63,712 nucleotides of DNA, filler included, from Craspedostauros australis (GCA_030167865.1; 8 parts of 8 records of this genome joined end to end with filler, not necessarily neighbours in it); one strand, 5' to 3'. Numbered from the whole stretch's first letter, positions 47,250-59,658 are shown. A program made the numbers and translations. The notes: generated from the letters alone by a model not told the origin.

Positions 47250-48285
47250 AAAGCCAGCACTTCAGTATGTGCCACTACCTGTGAGTGCACACAACTGCGC
47301 ATCCAGCCCATCCGCAATGTGGAAATGAACATTGACACTATCCTAGAAATCTTCTTTCCTGTTTCACTACTGGAGAAGATCCAATTCCACACCAACAGCC
47401 ATCTTTGCAACACCAAATTGATGGCAACTGCCATCACTGTCCCTGAGCTGTACATCTTCTTTGCCATGTAGTACTAAAATGGGATTCTTCTGAGCTCCAG
47501 CAAAATTGACTACTGGAGAACTGCCTTGATCTCTGTTCCAACTCATCTACTCATGACATACATGTCCAGAGCAAGATATGAAATGGTATGGAAGCATATG
47601 CACTTCATTGCATTGCCAACCTTGGACAAAGTGTCTGAATTGTCAGTGGAGACTGCAGCTGAACCACCAGAAGCTGAGGATGCCATGAACCCCATGGACT
47701 TTGTTCCAGCTTGGGAATGGAATGCATCAGAAGTGTCAGAAGGGTTGCCACCAGAATCTGAGGAGCATGCTGCTGGTAGCCCACAGAGCCCAAGCAGGGA
47801 GGCAAGAGCATCCACACTATCACAACGGAAACCATCCGCCAAGTATCATCCAGTGCTCCAGACCAATCGGTCGTGGTATGGCAAGGTTCAACCCCTTCTC
47901 AACCACACCAACAGTGTGTTGAAGCAGCTGTGTCTGAAACCTGGCTATGCTTGTGCCATAGATGAGATGATGGTTCAATTCAAGGGAAGATCTGCACAGA
48001 TGCATTGCATGCAGCAGAAGCCAATCAAGGAAGGCTACAAATCCTATTCCCTTTGCTGCTTAGCCTCGGGGTTCATGTTCCATGTGCTGCCATTGGGGCG
48101 CCTGGACAATACCACCAGGATCAACAACACCGTGGCAGAGCTGCTTGCCAAAACTCAATCCTGCTGACAGGCATGTTGTCGCCATGGAAAATCTATTCCC
48201 CACAAAGACTGTCATTGAGAAGTTGAGGGAGATGGGAGTGGGCATTGTGGGAACTGCAAGGAATTGTTGTGGATTCCCTCCCAAG
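47250..48285 (+). pseudogene. Decayed piggyBac (PGBD4-like) transposase
   Basis: PELYIFFAM*..IDYW..MSRARYEMVWKHMHF, WYGKVQPLL, AIDEMMVQFKGRS..KPIKEGYK, then a frameshift to HVVAMENLF..LREMGVGIVGTAR. Contains stops and frameshifts; the second catalytic Asp appears as Glu. Confidence 0.88.
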
Positions 48286-49011
48286 NNNNNNNNNNNNNNN
48301 NNNNNNNNNNNNNNNNNNNNNNNNNNNNNTTAATTAATTAANNNNNNNNNNNNNNNNNNNNNNNNNNNNNNNNNNNNNNNNNNNNTAGACGTTATCGGCA
48401 CGAGTCTTGCGACACTCCATCGGAGAAATGGATGGGAACAACCCGTGCCATTGGTCCCCCACGCGCAAACAGAAGAGAGGCAATGTGAAGAACACACACA
48501 CAAACGAAACACAAACGACTCACTGACACACACACAAACGAATCACAAAAGCAATCGGATCAAAAGTGGAGAAATCAAGTTCCGAACCAAAACACACACG
48601 GCAGCCATCGCCTGTCATTGTGGGATGCACCCACAATGAAGTTTTCTGTGCACCATCCACAACCATCAGGAACTTTCGCAACGGTAGGCGAAGGATCAAT
48701 AACAACGACACAACAAGAGCAACAACAGTAACATCAGCATCGCGATACCCAAAGTATAGTCTTGAGGCAAGCATTCGACACGTGCACAAGTGCAAGCGCT
48801 TCCCCTCTTCATTGATCGGAATGCCAGTGACCAGAATGCCCTTGCTGACTTGAGGTGGTGCAGAGAGTTGGTCGCAGGCAGAGGACAGAGGACAGAGGAC
48901 AGAGGGTTGGGGTTGACTTTGGTGCTGGAAACCAGAGCGCACACGCACGAGTAGACGCAAACAGACACCACCACCAACAACAGCCACACCATTCATCCAA
49001 TAGTGGGCACC

Positions 49012-51049
49012 ATGGTCGGCATTACTCCCTCAGGCGGATCTCTGGACAACCAGTACCATCACAGAGTGCTCCAGGACCTCATCCGGGCGCTGCAGGATGA
49101 TGAGCTCACCGACCTCACCCTGCAAGGATCCGACGATTCCTTGGTCCTGGCCAACCGATTCCTGCTGGGAGCACGGTCGCCGGTGTTCAAGCGAATGCTC
49201 TACGGATCCTTCCAGGAATCGAAGCAAACCATCATCTCCTTGCCGTACGAGCACGCAGTGCTGGAGGCCGTCGTGGAATGGTGCGGCTCGCACGAGATCT
49301 CCACCTTCCGAGTGGGCTTGGGACGCAACGCCGCTTCGGCCAGACGTCTTGTGCAGCTGGTGCAGGCGGCGGACTTCTTGGAATTGACAGAGCTCGCTCG
49401 GCTGGTGACGCGGCTGACGCATGACCTCGCATCGAGGTACCCGCCGTTGGCCTGCGTCGTGTACGATCAAGTGGAGGATGTGGATCACTCGGCCGTCGGA
49501 CAAGAGGCGATGCTCCTGTTGTACTGCCGTCCCTACGCCGCGCTGCCACCGTGCGGGGAGACGGATGGAGGTGTTGCGCAGCTGTCGGCCGAACGTCTCC
49601 ACGGCCTCTTCTCCTCGAAGCACGTCCAGGCTGGCGAGTGGTTCCTGTTCCAGATGCTGCAGCAGTGGGTCGAGGCACAGCCCGACCCATCGCATGAGGA
49701 TGTCGTCGAGGTCGCGAGGGCCTGTGCTGCTGAGATCACTCTGGAATGGATCGAACCGCAGGACCTGCTGGGTGCGGTCCTCAAGAGCCAATGGATCGCT
49801 CCCGACCTCATCACGGCCGCCATCACCCAGCAGGCGCTCAAGGCGTCGCAAGACAGGGTCTGGACGCTTTCATGTCGAGGACCGACCGTGGAACGCATCC
49901 TCGTGGAAGGGGCGGGACATGCCAATGCCAACGGCATCTACTACAGAATACCCGGGCTGGCGAACGGGCAGCTGTACTCCAAACGAGAGGTCGCCTGCGG
50001 TCAGCAATTCGTCTACACGCTCAGTTGCAAGCAGCTCAATCGCAAGAAGGTGGAATGCCGAATCTTCTCCAGCAAGCTCCTGACCCAAGACGGTGTGAGG
50101 AAGATCATGGACCTAGATGATGAAGACGATGAGAACCCCCGGCAGTACCCCTTCCGTCCGCTGCTGCAGGTCATCCGTTGCGAGACGGTCATCACGGACG
50201 CCACGCCAACCTACATGTCCACGGGTCCATCAGCATCGCTGGAGCGTCGCAAGAAGAGGAAGCTGCAAGTGAGTCGGCGTTGCTGCTCATGTCGCTGTTG
50301 CATGCGTGGATTGTGTCATCGTCGTTGTTGTTGCTGCTGCTGCTGCTACTACTGCCGCCGTCGTGATTGCTTTGAGTTGCACTCTACCTGCGGGCACTCC
50401 ACTCCATACAACACCCAATGCATGATACATGATACATGATGGACTCCAACTCTCATTCTCACACACTCCGATTACCAAAACGTCAACAAATACACAGATC
50501 CTGTTGGTTTCCGACGGCGAACACTTCATCACGGCGACCATGGCGCCGAAGCTGAGGAACAGCAACAGATCCAGCGACATCGGTCTCAACAGTCTCATCA
50601 AGCTGCTGTCATACGAAAAGTACATCCTGCAGGGCAAGGTGGCGATCCGAATCCACAAAGTATCGCTCGTCAGCCAGGATCCGGGGCACCAGTTCGGCCA
50701 TCCCATCGATTACTACGACGATGATCATCCCGCCATGCATGGGTCCGAGCACGCGGATGGCACGGACTCACCGGTCATCACAGAGACATCGGTGGAATCG
50801 CACATCGGTGCACAGCTCCAGCTGCAGCAGAGCCTGTCGCAAGATCCGCCCAGCGACTTGAGCGAGTCGGAGGAGAGCCTTTACTTCTCCGAAGAATCCT
50901 TGATCAGCCTCTACTCGTGCCAATACGCTGTCAGCCACGCGCCTGTGGATTCGAAGATCCCGCGGCAAGGCTGGAAGGTTGACAGTGATGGGAATGCGCC
51001 GACACCATTCTGCCGTTGGATACCAGCTGCCAAGGATGCCGAGGCATGA
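49012..51049 (+). CDS. BTB/POZ(-BACK) protein with C-terminal RPA70 N-terminal-like OB fold, 2 exons
   Basis: Exons 49012-50268 and 50498-51049. BTB: LTDLTLQG..ANRFLLGARSPVFKRMLYGSFQES. BACK-like helices follow. OB-like part: PLLQVI..ILLVSDGEHFITATMA..NSLIKL..FGHP. Confidence 0.85.
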
Positions 51050-51724
51050 GCTGCCGAGTATGGGTTGCAGCAGAGATAATCTCGAAAGCCAGGCGTGCCG
51101 CGCCAACTGAAAACCTGCTCAAAGACTGATTTCAAACCGACACACAAGTAGGCCACGCTAGTTCCGGAACAATCGATTTCAGTCATGTCAGTTGGTATTC
51201 CGTGTCTTTTGCACGTTGTCAGGAAGATGGTCTGTCCTTCAACCGGTTTTGGCGCCGTTTGATGTCGAGGACAAAGCTAATCGCAGATGATGTAACTGTA
51301 GCAGAATGGAAGAGCACAGCTGAAGATGTTTCTGATTGCTTGTTTCATGTGTTAAGCTTGCTATTGATAGGACGATCGAGTAAAAAGGTAGGGGGTCATG
51401 CTGTCGTGCTTCAGCCATTCTTGTTGAGCAGCAACATGTCGTGGTGGTATGCACACACAGTCATCCTTGGATGCCACCTGCAGAGCAGCATTTGATCCAT
51501 GACATGGATATGCTACGAGACAAGCACAGGCTCTGAAAAATGGTGGGTTGGGCAGGTGGCAGGAGTGCATGAGCTGGAGGGTGAGCCGAGTGTGGATTGT
51601 AGGTTCAACTACACACTATGCACGCTGTAGCCTTTCGTCACAGTACTGGGTTGGGATGCCGGGTACCATGCATGTGACATGGACAATTGAGTCCTGTAAC
51701 AGTCCTGGGTAAAGTCTGTCCCAA

Positions 51725-52677
51725 CTAGTGCCTCAAAGAGCCGGACCCCAAAAATTGGTTACAATTGGTTACAGATTTTGGATCCATTTTTCCCGATCTC
51801 AGACTTGAATCTGTAGACACTCAATCGAATATCTCTTTGCATCTACGTAAACTTAAGAGCCAGGGCTATCCAGGTAAGTAATAACCTTATCTTGTTGTTA
51901 CTACTATCTTGTCGATCTTGATGTGTTTATTGACCCCCTTGGTGTGGTTTTTCCTTCGGACGACGGACAGACCAGGAATTTTTGGATCTCATTGGTTACA
52001 GTTGGTTACACGTTGAATTCTACAGGAGTCCGGTAGGACCTTGCCTTTTTTCTTCGAGAAATTCGACTCTCCATCTTTGAAGTCTCCGGACTTAGCGGTC
52101 TTTGGCTCAATCTGTACAATAGATATCATTTCAGAATTCTCTCTCTGAGTTGGTCACGACCATATGGTCTATATGTTGTTTGAGTGCGATGGTATGGAGG
52201 TATGCTTGCGTTTAGTGCTCCCATGGAGGTCGGAGTGATATTTGACCACTCGGATCCTCAATTTCGGCAGCAAGTTTTGAGATTTCTGGGTGCAATGCTT
52301 GCGTCACCGTGACGTCATCGTTGGTTGAAACACTTGTTTGGACCAATCAGAACAAGAAATCATGCCAACCAGAAGCCAAAAACGTCCGTGAATGATGGGG
52401 GTGCTTGACGGATCACATCAGTGCTCACCGAGAAAGAGAGCAACATACACTAAACTTCAGGATTGTATATATAAACGCTATATGATGCTACAATAGCAAG
52501 AAGAGTACAGGAACACTCACATGAGCTAAGTCCGGAGAGTTTAACTTTGGTTGATGCTGTCTTTGGCCTGTTTTTGTTCGGGACTTACGTAGAAATCGTA
52601 CCACGATCTACACGACATTTTTCTTGTAACCAACTGTAACCAAAAAATTGGTTACAGCCGGCTCTTCGAGGCACTAG
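51725..52677. mobile_element. Non-autonomous DNA transposon (MITE), about 950 bp
   Basis: Terminal inverted repeat CTAGTGCCTC(A/G)AAGAGCCGG (51725-51744 vs 52658-52677, 1 mismatch), with a TA or CTAG target duplication. Seven TTGGTTACA motifs. No ORF. Confidence 0.85.
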
Positions 52678-53509
52678 AACAATCAATCTCACTTGTGAAG
52701 GACACCACGAATGATTGATTCTAGTTGGATTTTCGTGTGCTGGTGGGACACGATCCGGAAGGGAAGGCCTTGCTAACTGTCAGACTTGGTGAATCTGATG
52801 ATGCAGTTAGTGAGGTTAAACCGTATGGGTGATAGTGATGAGTGACAATGAGTAGATTGGTATAGTTGTGCTGATCTTGAGTTGTGATTTTTGCTATTTT
52901 GAATAGTCTGCATGGTGAGTTGATCAGTTTAAGATGTAGGATGAAGAAACAATGTTCAGTTGGATAGTGCAGCTCTGCACTGACCATCAGAGGTTCAGTG
53001 CTGAGAATGGACAAGCCCTCTCTTTCTCTCTTTTTCCACTATCTGTCGTAGTTGTTCTATGTTGGAGTACAAAGTCTTGACATCTTGATTGAGGTTGTAG
53101 TTGAGAACACAGGTTGTCAAGCGATGGGAATTGTAGTTGGATTCCCTGCTTGTGTTGAAGCAGGGAAGATCTCCTTGTTTATGACCCCCTCGAGTGAGTC
53201 GACCTGCAGTCCGTAATCAGGCATGTCAACTTTTTCTGGATATATGGATAACCACCCACAAATTAAGAATACTAGCCATCACAGTATGATGAAAAAATAA
53301 AGTCCATGTTGCTATAGTTTATATTTTAAGTTTTATGGACCCATCAACGTGGTCTTTTTTTGACCTCTTCTACGTTTCAGCCATAGATAATTGACTAGAT
53401 CGATCCAATGTAACCCTTCGCTGTTCTTTGTTTCAGCGAGGTTGTTCCCATTTTGAATTGATTAGTCTCTTTTTGAGGTGTTCCGATCAGACCATCCAAC
53501 ACCCGCCCA

Positions 53510-56318
53510 CGATAGCACTAGTTGTAGAGTTTTGGGAGAAGCGGCCATAGCGCGTTTACATTCATTCTACCCAATGTTTGTCTAATCTGTTTTCGACGTC
53601 ACAACACTTGACACTACGTCATGAAACACCAATCACAGGACGATGTGAATCATCATCAGCTGCGTTTCGTCCTGACAGAGCGCTCGAGTTGCGTTGGTGC
53701 TCTCGAAGTGTTTTGTGTCATGCATTTTTCGTACGTTTGTTGCAATGTTTGACATTTACCTCAGCCCCCAGGATGCCCGACTGGCTGAGAGCGCCAAACT
53801 CGACACAACAAGATGACAATGGTGGAACACAAAAAAAAACGTCACAATGGCCGCCCAACGGCATCCGCAGCGCCGCACCAACCAGCCGTCCAATGCAACA
53901 TCCACGCACATCGCCGTCACCGCGATGAAACCCTTGGTGGGTGGGCGAGAGGGGGCTGCGATAGAGGCTGATTTGGGGCGGCGGCAGCCTCTCGAACGAA
54001 GGACACATTTTGGTGGCAGATCGGCTCATTGGATGAGACCTGTGTATGCAATACACAAGCCACACCAGCGCCTGTGGATTCACAAGACACACACAGGAGG
54101 GAATGTACAAGGTTCCCGTGAAGTTTGAGGCTCGGAGACTCCCGCGAAGGTGTCCACGCGGACGAAAAGGTGGAGAGCAGAAGGTTTTTGGGGGGTGGCG
54201 GCGCGCCCATCGCGTGCATTTGGCTGTGATCGGCGCTATCAACAGGTCGTCCAATCGCCAAGCCACCCATTGAGAATACGTACGACATCGGCTCAAGATG
54301 CTCGTCACGAAGTATGCGCCGTGGATATTGTCTGGGAGAGGCTGCGGCCAAGATTATCCAAGGAATTGTCGCTCTTGGTGGGGCCGCAAAAAAAACAATT
54401 GGCATTGCCAAATGGAGGTGTACCATCGATACCATCCATGCCCAAACCATTCTGAATGCATCAGCGTGTCGTCAGAGAGTGTGGAAATGCACGAGGGTCA
54501 TGTGGAGGGGCTGAAAGGGTCATATGGATGAGGCATGGATCCATATCCGTACCGCGTCCGCATTGAAAACGGCTTTTCGAAATTGCTCTTTTTCAGTGTG
54601 TGGACACTTTGGCCCATTTGATGTGGGTATCTGTGGCCAAGCTTCATGGATTGGATAGATGGGGGGTATACCGAGTCATTGTGGTGCGCAATTTACTGAA
54701 ATATCAGGATGAGGATGATGATCATGGGGGCTGATGCGAGAGCAGCATGTTGCCATCCAGAATTTGTCGATTCCACCGCACAACTGTGTGGTGGCCAACA
54801 TGACAAAAAATAACTTCTATTTCAATTTAACTTCGATATTCTGATTCAATGATAGTCAGGTGTTTGAATGCAATTTTTAGATATAACTGTAAGCGATGTG
54901 TTGTTGAGATATAGCATGATAAGCAAATGTTGGATGTGTTTTTTGGATGTTCTCTAGCTTAGCCTACGTATCACGACCCATCACCCACAAAACTCCACAA
55001 CTCGTGTTATCGCGGCGAAGCACCTCCATCACAAATTTTTCGTCTTGTCGTCCAACACAGCCTCACTTTCTGCATTCACCTTCACTGTGTGAGCATCACA
55101 CCACCTCTGATTCTCCCATTCCTCTTCCTCTCTCTGCAACTCCTCTTCGATTCGTTCCTTCTCTGTTCCAGCTGATTCATTGTTGGTCACCACGATTGTG
55201 GATGTTGCTGTTGCTTTGCTTGTTGTGTTGGCTTCCGCCTTGATGAGAGCGGCCTCCTTCTTTTCTTTGCGTTGTTTGGCGTTGTACGCTGTGAACAGCG
55301 ACGCTTTGACGCGCATGGGATTTGCGTGCAGTTGTACGTACCAGTCAGTTTTTGTTTTTTCGTCGCTCATCAGTTTCTCGTGTGCTTCGTGTTCGGATGG
55401 TCTGTTTTTTGGATCCTTCGCGGACGCTTCACAGATGTCCTTCAATTTGTCCGCGATGTAGTCTGGTAGTTTCGCTGGTTTGCGCGTTGTTTTGCTTGCC
55501 CAGCCTTGTGCTGCGAGTGGTGGGTGTTCTGTTTCCGCGGTCTGGTCTTGTAGCGCTGTGGTGTGATCGAATGGCAGGTGTCGTTGTCCGTCTGCGATGG
55601 CTTTGCCGAACGCCAGCGCCTTGCTCTCCGCCGCTGTGCGACCGAATTTTCGCGTCTTGTCCGTCTTCCTGGATGATTCGGACGTGATCGGCAGCTTCTC
55701 GGACGTGTACGATTCTTTCTCGGTGACGCCCAGCTCGTTGATGGTCCACCCTTCCCATTCAGCGCTTTTCACCACAACGTCTTCCGTGATGCCAGACGCG
55801 GCCACCAGTCGTGCCTGGTCATCATCATACTTCACCTCGTGAGTCTGACGTACCTGTTGTCCACTTGCGCGGAATCGTCTTTTCGGTGCACCTGGAAACG
55901 TCGTGATGTTGCCTTGGAGGAGCGACGCGTCAGCAAGTACTGTTGTTGTAGCTGCGATGTCACCGGCTTGCAGTGCCTCGAAGACTTGGAACGGGGTCTT
56001 GATGTCGTGTCCACTTTGCACGTATTTTCGCAGTACACGGGTGATGTACGCGAAGTGGGTGTCCAGCATGCTCTTACCNNNNNNNNNNNNNNNNNNNNNN
56101 NNNNNNNNNNNNNNNNNNNNNNNNNNNNNNNNNNNNNNNNNNNNNNNNNNNNNNNNNNNNNNNNNNNNNNNNNNNNNNNNNNNNNNNCAACACGCGTTAT
56201 CGCTCTGTAGGATGATTTCAGTCACGGATGGGTAAATGTCTTTGACCTTTTTTTGCACGATCTCCAGCAGTCCACCAACTTGAAGAGTGTCTTGTGTCGG
56301 TCTTCCATCGACCACAAT
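53510..56318 (-). mobile_element. DNA transposon carrying a Sola-like transposase; candidate terminus at 53510
   Basis: Transposase ORF 56318-55029 followed by a non-coding tail. The 26-bp terminus at 53510 is shared with 31457-31482. The boundary is uncertain. Confidence 0.5.
55029..56318 (-). CDS. Sola-type (Sola3-like) DDD transposase, C-terminal part, with internal N gap 56079-56187
   Basis: TQD..P.VTEIILQSDNA and GKSMLDTHFAYITRVLRKYVQSGHDIKTP resemble the SDNA / GKxxxD / GHDI motifs I associate with Sola3 transposases. Confidence 0.65.
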   Translation of the reverse strand: MVVDGRPTQDTLQVGGLLEIVQKKVKDIYPSVTEIILQSDNACXXXXXXXXXXXXXXXXXXXXXXXXXXXXXXXXXXXXXGKSMLDTHFAYITRVLRKYVQSGHDIKTPFQVFEALQAGDIAATTTVLADASLLQGNITTFPGAPKRRFRASGQQVRQTHEVKYDDDQARLVAASGITEDVVVKSAEWEGWTINELGVTEKESYTSEKLPITSESSRKTDKTRKFGRTAAESKALAFGKAIADGQRHLPFDHTTALQDQTAETEHPPLAAQGWASKTTRKPAKLPDYIADKLKDICEASAKDPKNRPSEHEAHEKLMSDEKTKTDWYVQLHANPMRVKASLFTAYNAKQRKEKKEAALIKAEANTTSKATATSTIVVTNNESAGTEKERIEEELQREEEEWENQRWCDAHTVKVNAESEAVLDDKTKNL

Positions 56319-56645
56319 NNNNNNNNNNNNNNNNNNNNNNNNNNNNNNNNNNNNNNNNNNNNTTAATTAATTAANNNNNNNNNNNNNNNNNNNNNNNNNN
56401 NNNNNNNNNNNNNNNNNNATCCACCACGCTCCTGACAACAACACCAAAATCCTGGCAAGGGTGTAACACAACAAGGAGGGTGGAGCACGAATCATGATTA
56501 TTTTTTGTTCAATTACCGCAACTGCAGCGATTATTATCGATGTAAGACATGAGTCATGTCGTGAGTCGAGATGGCCAGCGAAAAAGGGTTTGAAAAAAAA
56601 CGGCTTCTCATAAAGCGTATTTGGGCTAGTCCTTTGAGTCGCCGA

Positions 56646-56718
56646 TTGCGTCCGGACGCAAATTGGCCCAATTTGCGTGGGGACGCAAACTGCACCTCCA
56701 ATTTGCGTCCGGACGCAA
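56646..56718. repeat. Three copies of the 16-bp palindrome TTGCGTCCGGACGCAA; probable transposon end
   Basis: Copies at 56646, 56673 (2 mismatches) and 56703, followed by GGTACGTA. Confidence 0.8.
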
Positions 56719-57255
56719 GGTACGTAGGCCAGTACCAGGCCAAAATCATTAGGGATATTTGTCAGTTCCGCCAAGACATTCTGTTCGCCACACAACGCGT
56801 ACGATCGACCAGCTATTGTACCCACCAATAAAGAAGTCCCAACAGGTTTCTATAGATATTTGGGGCAGTTCGTTGTACCTGGCAGGTCAAGGCTGTTTAT
56901 TGGTTCGCGTCCATGTGCGGAGACTTTTCATGATCAAACCCTCTTGTGGTGGTGACAAACCGCTGCTGGTACTTGAGGAGTATGGACAGAGAGCGCACAG
57001 CGGAACGTTTCTGACACAGATACCCACAAACGTGCAAACACAACGCACACATGCGCTCTCCTGCCCCCTGGCCGTCTCTCCCAACTCCACTATCGGAGAC
57101 GCTGGACCGAGAAAGGAACAAACACATCTGACGCGGACATGTACGAGCCACGAGCAAAAGCGAAAGCAAGAGTTGCCGCTAGCTTCGTCCATCATTCACA
57201 GTTTGGAACAGCTCTCTATTCACTCGCAGTTCATCGAAGAGTCCACACTACGCTT

Positions 57256-57290
57256 CTTGTAACCTTGTAACCTTGTAACCTTGTAACCTT
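57256..57290. repeat. (CTTGTAAC)4 tandem repeat
   Basis: Read directly. Confidence 0.9.
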
Positions 57291-57949
57291 TCAACATCAA
57301 CACCAACACCAACATCCTCAGAATTTTAGCATCGATGGAAGAGATCTCCTCGAATACCCCGGATACAACACGAACTGCTTGGCACGCGCATCACCCTCCC
57401 TCCAAAGTCGACGATCGCCAGCGCACCATTGTTCCTCAGTGGAGGAAATGAAGGAACCTCGTCGCATAGCAACTATCATGGCTGCCGGTTCTGCACTTGC
57501 GGGCAAGAGGAGTGTGCATAATCTGAGGCATCAAGGTGTGCTATTCTACGAGTATTGCGGGCACGGCTATCCAAGTCACTCTTGCATTTGGCGTCAGATG
57601 GCCATCATCATGAGGCTCGAAGAGACGGGCCGTGGTGCCAAACCTGCTCGGTACAGGAAGAATGCGCGAACACAGAGGTACATGATGGAAGTTGAAATCA
57701 ACTACAGCACCGAATGTTGCCATGCTTCGATTCTTTCCGCGGAGGCAATGCGTCGCAACGACACAAGTATAATACCAGCGGGGAGGATATTGTTCCCAAG
57801 GATTGCTGTGGTACCAAAGTCTGGTACGAGTAAAGAGTATAGAGTCGAGGAAACTTGAGTGGAACAAGGACATCAGTAAGACAACTCGTGCGATGTCCAC
57901 GCATACATCCTCGTTCACTGGCGGCTCTATTATCGCCACATTGAGATTC

Positions 57950-59626
57950 TCATTTCAATTCGAACGGAAAATCTACCATTCGCAGCAGCTCAAATCTCTC
58001 TGCATCTTTCGAGTGCATTTGCCGGACACCATTCTGGATTTCGCGATACATCAAGCGCTGATGGCACATCCAGTCAAATAACTCCGTCTGCGTTTCCGCG
58101 ACGAAGCAGTGTCCATACTTGTTGAAGAATGCTTGAAGTTCCGTAAACATGCCATCCCAGCAGTGGTTGGATGACTTGTGCAAACGTTTGCGACTGCCTG
58201 CATCATCGTCGACTGTCGTCGCGCTTTTTTTCAGCATGCGATTCACGGCCATCCGTGAATCCATCATCAGCACAGATTTGGCGGCAGCGAGTCTGCTGGA
58301 ACCTTTGCTTTTCTCCATCATGAATCTCAGCTCATCGAAGTCGTGTCCCGCAGAGTCCTTTTCGTACCCTGCTGCATGCTGCATCATATGACCAATTGCA
58401 AGTTGCGCAGCCGACAATCCGGAAGGAGATGACGATGACAACGACGATGCCGACAAAAATCCGTTCTGCAACTTCACCTTCGGCTTCGATTTCGCTTTCG
58501 ATGCCGCTCCTGATGGTGGAGTCTTGGCAAATGCACCTACGTGCCCCTGGGGGATGCTTTGTGCTGTGCTCAGATGTCGCCGTTGGGCAAGAGCGTGATT
58601 TTTGGCAAGCAAGGAGAGATCTGCATGGTTGGCTCCCGCTATTTCTGTCTTCGTTGGTGTCGACTTGGCGGGATTCACATAGGAAAGACCGGGCAGTTGA
58701 TGGTTCACTGCCTGTGCTCTGTTTGGGGGTTCCTGAATTGCGGGGTGCGCAAATGATGCATCCTGGAGCTCGCTCTTCGGATAGTTCTGTTTTTTCTGCA
58801 GGAGTTGATCATTCTGCTCGCGCTGACGAGACAGCTGCAGCTTCTGAAGACGCGAGTGATGTGCTTGAAGCGCACCAAGTTGATGAACGTTGAGCTGTGT
58901 GCGCCGACTTTCGGCATCAACCTCCCCTGGCCGTTGCTGCGAAAGCAAAATGTGTTGCTGAAGCTGGCAGTGCCGCAAGTAAAGCTCACGTTCGTAGCGG
59001 CTCTGCATGACATGGTGCTGTTGTGGTTGATGTTGCTGTTGTTGTTGGAATTCCTGCTGTAGAGGCTGCTGCAGTCTTTGATGACTTGTGTGTTTATTGT
59101 TGGGTTGTGCTGCGGTGGTGTCATCGTCAACCTTGGCACGATCCTTGCTTGTCGCAAGCTCGGAATTTGGTTTTCCTATGATGACCGCACCGCTTGATGG
59201 TAGCATGCTATGCTGCTGACCCGATAGCTCTTGCACGTTCAGTCTAGCCATGTAGCTATCGTGGATTGCGCGAATTTGAGCGTGTTTGACGTTGTCGGCA
59301 AACGACGATTGGGCGTGCACTGCCTGATGCAGTTTGGGAACTTGATATGCCGGTGGTGGCAACTGAGCTGCATTGTTGCGAAGTGATGGGTCATCCGACT
59401 TGTTTTGCATCTTCATCATGTCGGACTGCATTTTGGTTTGCAACAGTTTCGCAAAGGTCTTGTCTTCTTCAGCAGGAGAGGAACCCAGCCTTGCTTTTTG
59501 TTGATCGAGGAACATCTTGACGTGATGCTCGTGCTGTTTCTGGACGGATGATAGAACCGGAGGATAGCCTCCTGCGTGCCCAATGTGGCCATGCATGAGT
59601 AATTGATGACGGTGGTGCTCTTGGCG

Positions 59627-59658
<32 letters not shown>

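Noticed and set aside
48390..48404. CGTTATCGGCACGAG resembles a half-tRNA copia PBS
   Set aside because: It sits at the contig edge with no preceding CA-ended LTR and no gag downstream.
53189..53209. CTCGAG..GTCGACCTGCAG looks like a vector polylinker
   Set aside because: Only 12 nt match a pUC-type MCS and the flanks do not continue as vector.
57256..57290. (CTTGTAAC)4 as interstitial telomere or MITE-derived motif
   Set aside because: Does not match TTAGGG-type repeats and is very short; sharing GGTTACA with the MITE may be chance.
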